NCBI GenBank assembly: GCA_964632485.1 | Contig: CAZWDO010000002.1 | Coordinates: 310,001 to 347,430, forward strand | Length of the DNA: 37,430 nt | DNA from: an uncultured bacterium | GTDB taxonomy: Bacteria; JAGOEH01 | Direction of reading: 5' to 3' | Shown here: positions 30,549 through 37,430 of the stretch, piece after piece | Position numbering within the stretch: the first letter of the stretch is position 1 | Layout: every line of letters begins with the position of its first letter | Notes under the pieces: model-generated | Database searches by the model: none | The model's input: the letters and a program-made list of their open reading frames with translations, nothing else | Told to the model about the DNA's origin: nothing | Translations under genes and position numbers: made by a program

Positions 30549-30593
30549 CTATGATCATATTCAAAAATGTTTTTGCAATAGGAGCGTTTGCTT

Positions 30594-30749
30594 ATGATTG
30601 ACCAACCTAAAAATATTCTTTTGGTAGAGGATGAACCCATTATTGCATTCATGGAATCTACGCAATTGCAAACGATGGGATATCACATTCAGTATACAAT
30701 TAATGGAGAACAGGCCATTGAGATGGTAAGTAACAACAACAATCATTAA
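30594..30749 (+). pseudogene. Truncated response-regulator receiver domain (51 aa)
   Basis: AGGAG then MIDQPKNILLVEDEPIIAFMESTQLQTMGYHIQYTINGEQAIEMVSNNNNH*. Stops just before the phospho-acceptor strand. Confidence 0.8.
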
Positions 30750-30763
30750 GGAGATTTTTCACC

Positions 30764-31510
30764 ATGGACATCCCAAGAATATTCAACATCACCGAAAGCG
30801 CTCATCGCATCCACAACCCGTTTACACCCGAAAAACTCGCTACTCTCGGCGAGGCATTACGCCTGGAACCCGGAACTCGTGTACTCGACCTCGGCAGCGG
30901 TTCGGGCGAGATGTTGTGCGTCTGGGCGCGCGATTACGGTGTCGTCGGCACCGGCATTGATATGAGCCAGTTGTTCTCCGAGCAAGCGAAACGCCGCGCT
31001 GAAGAACTCAATGTCGCCGACCGAGTCGAGTTCATCCACGACGACGCCGCCGGCTATGTAGCCGACACAAAGGTCGGTGTGGCAGCCTGTCTCGGCGCCA
31101 CGTGGATCGGAGGGGGAGTTGCCGGCACCATCGAGCTTCTGGCAAAGAGCCTCCGCAGCGGAGGGATCATCCTCATCGGCGAGCCCTATTGGCTGAAGTT
31201 ACCGCCGACGGAAGAAGTTGCCAAGGGTTGCCAAGCCAGCTCGATAGCTGACTTTCTTTTGCTCCCGGAACTGCTCGCGTCTTTTGCCGACCTTGGCTAC
31301 GATGTCGTGGAAATGGTTCTGGCAGACCAGAACGGCTGGGAACGATATGAGGCGGCCAAGTGGCTCACAATGCGCCGATGGCTCCAAGTGAATCCCGATG
31401 ACGACTTCGCCAAAGAAGTTCGAGCTCAACTTAACACGGAACCCGGACGCTACGCCGCTTACACGCGTGAGTACTTGGGCTGGGGTGTGTTCGCGCTCAT
31501 GTTGAGATGA
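30764..31510 (+). CDS. Class I SAM-dependent methyltransferase (YjhP-like)
   Basis: VLDLGSGSGE, GIDMS, IGEPYW, REYLGWGVFAL. Visibly GC-richer than its neighbours. Confidence 0.9.
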   Translation: MDIPRIFNITESAHRIHNPFTPEKLATLGEALRLEPGTRVLDLGSGSGEMLCVWARDYGVVGTGIDMSQLFSEQAKRRAEELNVADRVEFIHDDAAGYVADTKVGVAACLGATWIGGGVAGTIELLAKSLRSGGIILIGEPYWLKLPPTEEVAKGCQASSIADFLLLPELLASFADLGYDVVEMVLADQNGWERYEAAKWLTMRRWLQVNPDDDFAKEVRAQLNTEPGRYAAYTREYLGWGVFALMLR

Positions 31511-31598
31511 TGAGGGGTTTGTCGGGCTACTCAGAAAGTGGAAAAAACCCTTCATACCTGACAAGGCAATGCGCCCATTTCGACATCCAGTCTTCCCT

Positions 31599-31631
31599 GT
31601 CATTCCGGGCTTCGACTCGAAATCCACGGAT
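31599..31631 (+). repeat. Degenerate GTCATTCCGG palindromic repeat
   Basis: GTCATTCCGGGCTTCGACTCGAAATCCACGGAT, with further scraps up to about 31730. Confidence 0.65.
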
Positions 31632-31778
31632 CGCTATCCTGCGTTATTCCGGATATCGCTCCTTGAATTCAGAAGCAGACACTATACATTCCGGTAGTTG
31701 TCTTTCCGAACTCCGCTATAGAATCCACGAGTAGAGTTTATTACCCACCATTGAATTTTTAAACCCTAAATTTTTTTT

Positions 31779-31871
31779 GAAAAAAAACTTGACAAGCTAG
31801 CCGGGAAATATATATAGAAAATATGAAAACTTTAGAGAGCTATTAAGTCGCCGCATTGACCGAGCGATAGC
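31779..31871 (+). promoter_or_regulatory. Promoter-like module homologous to 29230-29321
   Basis: GAAAAAAAACTTGACAA, TA-rich -10 region and CATTGACCnnGCGATAGC. Confidence 0.5.
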
Positions 31872-31942
31872 ATTCAAGAACAGTCGAACTTGAGCCGAAG
31901 GAAACATATTGAAACAAAACATAAATTATTTAAGGAGAAAAT

Positions 31943-32560
31943 GTGGACAAAAAGAAAAATTATTTGCGTGAAATAGTCTTGACCTGGACAATAATAACAA
32001 CAACTTTTTTTTGGACTTCCACTATGAGAGCGCTCTTTAAGCCGGAAATATCTAGCTGGAGTGTCTTCAGCATGGGTGGAAAAGGCTTTTGGGGAGATTT
32101 TTGGATGTTACCGCTAATCGTATTGTTTGCTCTGTTTATCGTTTATCTCGAAGGTCGGGGAAAATTGAGAATTTTATGCCATATCTTGCTAATAAGCTGG
32201 CATCTATTGATTAATGCCATAATTCTATATGGAAGTTTCCAAAATGATGCGAATATATCTTTCGGGACATGGGGTATCAGTATGTCATTCAATTGGCTTG
32301 TTCTGCCATTCGTGATATTCTTAATTCTCACTATCGTGTTGGCTATGAAAGAATTATCAGGGAAACTCATTGTACCCTGTTTTGATTGGACAATAATTAA
32401 TTGGAAGCCATTCCTTGTTGCTTTATTGTTTTTTCCTGTAGCAATCTTTTTTTTCCGTTTAGGAACTGGGTTTAACTGGTTAATAAAAATAGCTGTAGCA
32501 TCGACGATACTTCAATGGATTTTTCTATCTGAAGCTTTTGGTCGTCCATATAAGCTATAA
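31943..32560 (+). CDS. Hypothetical polytopic membrane protein (about 6 TM)
   Basis: AAGGAG RBS, GTG start, repeated hydrophobic segments. Confidence 0.8.
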   Translation: MDKKKNYLREIVLTWTIITTTFFWTSTMRALFKPEISSWSVFSMGGKGFWGDFWMLPLIVLFALFIVYLEGRGKLRILCHILLISWHLLINAIILYGSFQNDANISFGTWGISMSFNWLVLPFVIFLILTIVLAMKELSGKLIVPCFDWTIINWKPFLVALLFFPVAIFFFRLGTGFNWLIKIAVASTILQWIFLSEAFGRPYKL

Positions 32561-32805
32561 ACACTATAGTTGTAGCCCGTTTTATAAGTACTTTAGTTTA
32601 ATAATTTTGAAGGCTGAAATTGTTTACTTTAGCTGTACTTGTCTATTGTCTAAAAGCGACGAACTCGTTAAATAATGTGAAGGAGCGCAGCGGCTGTCGT
32701 CATACAACATCATACAACGTAGGAACTTTGCGCAGACGTGAAATTTCCCGCGCAAGCTTTAGCGAACCCTTTTCACATTATAGATAATACTATTTTGGAG
32801 TTGAT

Positions 32806-33195
32806 ATGCAAATTGAACATGTAGCAATATGGGCAAAAAATATTGAAAATCTTAAATCGTTTTATATAAAATATTTTGATGCTAAATCAAATGATAAATA
32901 TATAAATGGCACAAAGGCTTTTGAATCCTATTTTTTGACATTCTCTAATGGATCAAGACTTGAAATAATGCAAATGCCTGACATCCCTGATAATAAAAAT
33001 AATGCTATCGATCAATATCATGGAATAATACATATAGCTTTTTCTGTTGGGAGTAGGCAAAAAGTAATTGATATTACTGAACGGTTGTTTAACGACGGCT
33101 ATGAAATTATAAATCAACCACGGGAAACTGGAGATGGCTACTATGAAAGTTGTATTCTTGATCCAGAAAATAATAGAATAGAAATTACGGTATGA
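32806..33195 (+). CDS. VOC/glyoxalase family protein
   Basis: IEHVAIW, RLEIM, HIAFSVGS, GDGYYESCILDPENNRIEI. Very AT-rich. Confidence 0.92.
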   Translation: MQIEHVAIWAKNIENLKSFYIKYFDAKSNDKYINGTKAFESYFLTFSNGSRLEIMQMPDIPDNKNNAIDQYHGIIHIAFSVGSRQKVIDITERLFNDGYEIINQPRETGDGYYESCILDPENNRIEITV

Positions 33196-33286
33196 CGCAA
33201 AACTATACTGTCAATAACAGGCAATATAGTTTAGGTAGTCATGAAGAGCGACCTTTGCTGTTTTCATTCGTACACCTAATCTTATG

Positions 33287-33315
33287 TTCCCGCGGACGCG
33301 GTGCGTCCACGGGAA
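33287..33315. repeat. Hairpin directly upstream of repeat copy 2
   Basis: TTCCCGCGGACGC-GGT-GCGTCCACGGGAA (1 mismatch). Confidence 0.6.
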
Positions 33316-33320
33316 TACCA

Positions 33321-33411
33321 CCGATAACCGCGGCATGTTCCAGTCGCCGCGCGCCGGAGAACATGCCAATGGAACCGATCCCTTCGGGACGGCTCATCGG
33401 CGGGATTGGGC
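33321..33411 (+). repeat. Structured repeat copy 2 containing a degenerate 56-bp attC-like site (33356-33411)
   Basis: GGAGAAC..GCCAATGGAACCGA-TCCCTTCGGGA-CGGCTCATCGGC..ATTGGGC. Confidence 0.75.
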
Positions 33412-33444
33412 CACCACACCCTACAACCCTAAGTAGGCTTTCCA

Positions 33445-33654
33445 ATGAGCGAAAACACTCTCAGCTTTTTTTCTGTGATCATTGCCTTCATCGTGACACG
33501 TTCCGTCTATTGGCTTTCCTCTTTTCGACCAACCAAGGACATGCCGTTCGCCTATGGCCTGATTGTTGATTTCGGCATCTGGATCGGAGTTTACTTATTA
33601 ACACAATTTATCTTAAGCAAAATAGTCAACAAATCAAATCCCAAGTGGGCCTAA
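33445..33654 (+). CDS. Small two-TM membrane protein, cassette-like
   Basis: 69 aa with two hydrophobic segments. The stop codon lies inside GCCTAAC. Confidence 0.7.
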   Translation: MSENTLSFFSVIIAFIVTRSVYWLSSFRPTKDMPFAYGLIVDFGIWIGVYLLTQFILSKIVNKSNPKWA

Positions 33655-33683
33655 CCCATCGTTCAACGCTTTGGAAGTTAACC
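33649..33683 (+). mobile_element. Truncated attC (left arm only)
   Basis: GCCTAACCCATCGTTCAACGC is a typical attC left end, but no complementary right arm follows. Confidence 0.55.
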
Positions 33684-33952
33684 CAATTTACCTTGTCAGA
33701 GAAGGCAGCCTTTGATCAAACAACTCTATCTTTCACACTTCGTCAGAATGAAGCGGAATCTGTCCCCGCAGGAATCTCACTCAATTGGGAGAACTATAAT
33801 ATAAATATCCATTTCTCCAGGCGAAAGAAAAATATCTGGAAATCTACTTTGACTTAAATGAGAAATAATAAGCGTTGCCTGACATTATTTATGGCTTAAT
33901 TCCCTGCATGGTGGACATTTACCTATCAACCAACAATAAGGAGCCTGACCAA

Positions 33953-34573
33953 ATGAAGAAATCATGTATCGCAGCGGCTATTATTCTGAATTTTTTCGCT
34001 ATCTCCACGGCATTCGCTCAATTCAACATGAATACGGTTTCGGTCAACATTGGCACGATTCGAACGCTTTTCCCCGATTACTCGGAATCGGAATACGAGG
34101 ATTATCAGCGCGCTTTCTATCCTGAGCTTCAGATCGGGGGAGGGTTCTTCCATCGGGCGGTACAATGGGCTTTGTATTGGGGATATTGGTCGGATGGACT
34201 CGACAAACCTTTTGATTGGGCTGACTATGTGTCGTATTCTTATAGCAGTCATATAGTCGGATTGCGATTCAATGTTCTTCCGGCTTACTTTCTCATCCAA
34301 GAACCGCTTCCGCTCGGAGTTTTCGCCGGCATCGGGCAGCATTTCATCAATGTGGAATGGCTTGGCGGTTATAACTTTGCCGGTGAAGGCGGAAAAGACT
34401 TCACTGAGAACAGCGCCACTCTCGAAATCGGTGTGAATGGCGAGATAATGTTACTGGATCCGATTGGTATCCGCGTCGAGGCCCAACAGTTTATCCCGTT
34501 CGCAAGCGATGGCCTCGATCAATTCCAGAAAAAGCGACGCGTGTATAAAATCGGAGTCGTCTATAAGTTTTAA
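33953..34573 (+). CDS. Outer-membrane beta-barrel protein (small barrel)
   Basis: AAGGAG RBS, signal peptide MKKSCIAAAIILNFFAISTAFA-Q, amphipathic strands, C-terminal IGVVYKF. Confidence 0.8.
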   Translation: MKKSCIAAAIILNFFAISTAFAQFNMNTVSVNIGTIRTLFPDYSESEYEDYQRAFYPELQIGGGFFHRAVQWALYWGYWSDGLDKPFDWADYVSYSYSSHIVGLRFNVLPAYFLIQEPLPLGVFAGIGQHFINVEWLGGYNFAGEGGKDFTENSATLEIGVNGEIMLLDPIGIRVEAQQFIPFASDGLDQFQKKRRVYKIGVVYKF

Positions 34574-34778
34574 CATCTTCGCGGCGCATAAGACAGGAAA
34601 GCCACGGAGTCCATTCAGGGGCGAATATCCCTGCGAACTGTATTGCAAATGCCAATAAAGATGATCGAGACTGCTTATTCCGGCAAAGCAATAAAATTAT
34701 CAGATTCGTCAGTTGCTAAAAATCATTGAAAGTATTACCTTCTTATTGGAGGAGGAAAAATAAAAGATATAAACTCGC

Positions 34779-34850
34779 GCTTTACTGGAGAGTGAAACCC
34801 AATATCGAGGCCTAATCGAAATGTGTAAGGACGCCCAGGGCGCTCTTTGA
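34779..34850 (+). pseudogene. Fragment of a PAS sensor protein
   Basis: ALLESETQYRGLIEMCKDA resembles the ALxESExxYRxLxE PAS entry helix. No start codon. Confidence 0.5.
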
Positions 34851-35079
34851 CCGGACATTTCATGCAGAGCTTGGATCAGGCTTGGCCTTTTGCTCAATGC
34901 CATTCGGAATATGTAAGAATACGGTCTGAGCGTCGCTCCAGGTCTTATGTTATTGCAAGCCAGCCAAGGTAAATATTTGCATTCACAGACGGCCATGGGT
35001 CTGGAAAGGATAGTGTTGGCTGGTAATCGCATCCAACTCGAAGCGCAGGTAATGCCCGTTTTTCGTCGCGTGAAAGCGT

Positions 35080-35433
35080 TTAAGAAGATGGCTCATCAGG
35101 CAGCGTATCGTTGGTCTGCGGTCTGGATTTCTTGAAGACGATTTGTCCTTGCTCGCAGTGGATGACTAATTCCTTATCGTCCTCGGTAACCTTTTGCGCT
35201 TCATTCTGTTTCAATAAATTATCCGCAAATTCCCTAATGACTTCGCCTGGAATAATATCCCGCATCTTATGCGTGCCATAGCAATAACCGCGTTTGTACG
35301 CTAGACGCTTTCCTCGATCCATAAATGGATTGTCATACTCCTGCCTGGTCACCGCATCCTCGCATCCCACCTTAAAAGCGGTTTCAAAGGCATCGAATGG
35401 GTCCGATTTCCTGGTTTGATGCTTGCAAGCCAT
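35080..35433 (-). CDS. Hypothetical protein (Rmf/CrpP-like pattern in the N-terminal half)
   Basis: AGAGG RBS and an upstream promoter. AFKVGCEDAV..NPF..RLAYKRGY. Confidence 0.6.
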   Translation of the reverse strand: MACKHQTRKSDPFDAFETAFKVGCEDAVTRQEYDNPFMDRGKRLAYKRGYCYGTHKMRDIIPGEVIREFADNLLKQNEAQKVTEDDKELVIHCEQGQIVFKKSRPQTNDTLPDEPSS

Positions 35434-35617
35434 TATCGCCTCTTTCGTTTTGCCAATTTAGGTATGTAATTTTTTGCTTCATTTCTAAACGTCAGTTCTT
35501 CCGGATATTAGATATGGCCGCCGAAAAAACTGAGCAAGTCTCTGAATGTGAGTCTAATAATAATGATCAAAGCGCTAACCGCCTGATAATGAGAGAATAT
35601 TGATCGCTTGTGACACT

Positions 35618-35646
35618 AATATAATATAAAAATTCGATAAAGTCAA
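35618..35646 (-). promoter_or_regulatory. sigma70 promoter
   Basis: Minus strand TTGACT-17-TATATT. Confidence 0.55.
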
Positions 35647-35715
35647 GGAGAATTTTTATATTGGATGAAGACTACTATATTCCTTCTGCGGAAGTTGGGT
35701 TAAAGCGCACTGGAG

Positions 35716-35906
35716 ATCGGTGTCCGGCATGACGCTGTCACCTCCTCCGTCATTCCGGGCCCTCTTTTCCGTCATTCCGGGCTTGACCGCCAGTCCGGCT
35801 TCGGACCCGGAATCCAGTCTTTCTTTTACCCGTGGATGCCGGGTACGAGCCGTACTGGCAATCGGTGTCCGGCATGACAGCGGAGGTTTACCCGTGGACT
35901 CCGGGT
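35716..35906. repeat. Cluster of CGTC/GTCA-type palindromic repeats in both orientations
   Basis: Copies at 35716-35733(-), 35749-35760(+), 35771-35820(+), 35825-35878(-) and 35887-35906(-). Confidence 0.8.
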
Positions 35907-35951
35907 CAGAGCGCGGCTGGAGCGCCATGCGAACGCACTCAATTTTTTCGC

Positions 35952-35980
35952 TTGACATGTGTTGCGATCGGCATTATATT
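35952..35980 (+). promoter_or_regulatory. sigma70 promoter for the AAA ATPase
   Basis: TTGACA-17-TATATT. Confidence 0.65.
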
Positions 35981-36018
35981 GACAATGGAACCTACAACCT
36001 TCCAGCGGGAGTTTCGCC

Positions 36019-37430
36019 ATGGCCAAACGCATTCCCTACGGATTGCAATCTTTCACCCAAATCCGCGAACAGAACTGTTATTATATCGATAAAACCCAGT
36101 ATATAGAAAGACTGGAAACGCATGAAAGCTGGTATCCGGTTTTTCTGCGCCCCCGGAAATTCGGCAAATCGCTGTGGATCGACACGCTGGCCGCCTATTA
36201 CGACATCCGGCGCAAGGACGACTTCGAGCGGCTCTTCGGCGATCTCTACATCGGCCGGAACCCCACGCCGCTGCGCAACAGCTATTGCATCCTGCGTTTC
36301 AACTTCAGCGGCATCCAGACCAGCGACGAAGCGGCTCTCAAACACAGTTTCAACATTAAAATCGCCGGACCGCTGAATAGTTTCCTCGCTGCTTATCAAC
36401 TCCCCGCCCTCAAATTCACGCCAACGGATGCGCCAGCATCGATTTTAACTCAATTTGTCGAACATTGCAAACGGCATCTTCAAGAACGAAAAATTTATCT
36501 CCTGATCGACGAATACGACCATTTCGCCAACGAACTCTTCAGTTTCAACTATGAGCTGTTCCGGGATACCGTTTCCAAGACTGGCTTTGTGCGCAAGTTC
36601 TACGAAGTGATCAAGGAAGCGGCGGGCCAGTCCTTGGAGCGCATCTTCATTACCGGTGTCTCGCCCATCACCCTCGACAGCCTCACCAGCGGTTTCAATA
36701 TCCCCTCGCACCTGACCACGAATGCTCAGTTTAACGAAATGATGGGATTTACCGAAGAAGAAGTTCAATACCTGATTGACGACCTGGGCTTCTCCATTGA
36801 TATTCAGGAGATGCGGGACTATTACAACGGCTACCTGTTTTCCCCCGATGCGAAAACACGGGTTTACAACAGCGACATGGTTCTCTATTTTCTCAGTGAA
36901 TACCGGAATGGACAGAAAGCTCCGGCGGAAGTGCTGGACATCAATATCGCCTCGGATCACAAAAAACTGGAACGGATTCTCGAGCCGACGGGGGAACGGC
37001 GGGCGATCCTGGAGCAATTGCTCTCCGGGGAACCGCTGGCGATCCAATTGACCCGCGAATTCAATCTCGAAGTGGGTCGCACCCTTGAAGACTACAAGTC
37101 GATGCTGTTCTACCTGGGATTTCTGACCGTGGGTTATGTTGATTTTGGTATGATATATTATACAACGCCGAATTATGCAATTCGGGAACTCTATTACAGT
37201 TTTTTCCGGCAAATTCTGTCGCGTGAAAGTGGATTTGAAATAAATGCGCACAAAATCCAGTTGGCGATCAGGAGTCTGGGACTTGAAGGCGATATCGCTC
37301 CCCTGGCGGCGATTGTTTCCCAAGCGCTGGCGAAGTATTCCAACCGCGACAGTATCCAGATGAGCGAGAAGCATATCAAGATGGTGATGATGGCCTATCT
37401 GATGCTGAGCAATGCCTATATGGTGTACAG
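36019..37430 (+). CDS. AAA-ATPase_like protein (family often fused to a C-terminal PD-(D/E)XK domain); runs off the window
   Basis: Hand translation: MAKRIPYGLQSFTQIR..YYIDKT..FLRPRKFGKSL (Walker A), LLIDEYD (Walker B), FITGVSP. GGGAG RBS. Absent from the ORF track because there is no stop codon in the window. Confidence 0.92.
   Translation, partial: MAKRIPYGLQSFTQIREQNCYYIDKTQYIERLETHESWYPVFLRPRKFGKSLWIDTLAAYYDIRRKDDFERLFGDLYIGRNPTPLRNSYCILRFNFSGIQTSDEAALKHSFNIKIAGPLNSFLAAYQLPALKFTPTDAPASILTQFVEHCKRHLQERKIYLLIDEYDHFANELFSFNYELFRDTVSKTGFVRKFYEVIKEAAGQSLERIFITGVSPITLDSLTSGFNIPSHLTTNAQFNEMMGFTEEEVQYLIDDLGFSIDIQEMRDYYNGYLFSPDAKTRVYNSDMVLYFLSEYRNGQKAPAEVLDINIASDHKKLERILEPTGERRAILEQLLSGEPLAIQLTREFNLEVGRTLEDYKSMLFYLGFLTVGYVDFGMIYYTTPNYAIRELYYSFFRQILSRESGFEINAHKIQLAIRSLGLEGDIAPLAAIVSQALAKYSNRDSIQMSEKHIKMVMMAYLMLSNAYMVY

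Noticed and set aside
33192-33569. 125-aa ORF sharing MPxEPIxSGRLIG with the annotated CDF N-terminus (29502-29567)
   Set aside because: The shared peptide is the translation of the DNA repeat. The CDF gene has a better start at 29568.
33645-33857. 70-aa ORF
   Set aside because: It starts inside the truncated attC and has no RBS. At most a gene fragment.
29145-35906. Repeats considered as a CRISPR array
   Set aside because: Irregular spacing, mixed orientation, no constant-length spacers, no cas genes.
35656-36106. Several 70-130 aa ORFs
   Set aside because: They translate the palindromic repeat cluster and promoter (e.g. VIPGLT, DPES) and show no protein features.
35992-37379. Long minus-strand ORFs (135 aa, 309 aa)
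   Set aside because: Antisense shadows of the plus-strand AAA-ATPase, which has clear motifs.

Overview
Fragment of a diderm bacterial chromosome, probably from a scaffolded or metagenomic assembly (one 10-N gap). Positions 1-29.1 kb are mostly core genes: a WG-repeat protein, fabH-dacB-dtd-maf, an sppA fusion split by the gap, an rmlC-like epimerase-mutL-miaA-O-antigen-ligase operon, a GT4, glutamine synthetase III and a three-gene biotin-dependent transcarboxylase-like operon. Within this block, a minus-strand operon (15433->10822) with a consensus sigma70 promoter encodes a coiled-coil protein, a membrane protein with a probable cytoplasmic longin-like domain and a periplasmic OmpA domain, a Rab-like small GTPase and a PAS/HD-GYP phosphodiesterase. 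This is the best candidate for an uncharacterised signalling system. Positions 29.1-36 kb are an accessory mosaic with no integrase: integron-cassette-like genes, degenerate attC sites (two near-identical 56-bp copies with an antisense 5' extension), palindromic REP-like repeats, a repeated promoter module and gene fragments. An AAA-ATPase gene absent from the ORF track runs off the right edge. No rRNA, tRNA or CRISPR array was seen. All assignments come from reading motifs by eye; no searches were run.
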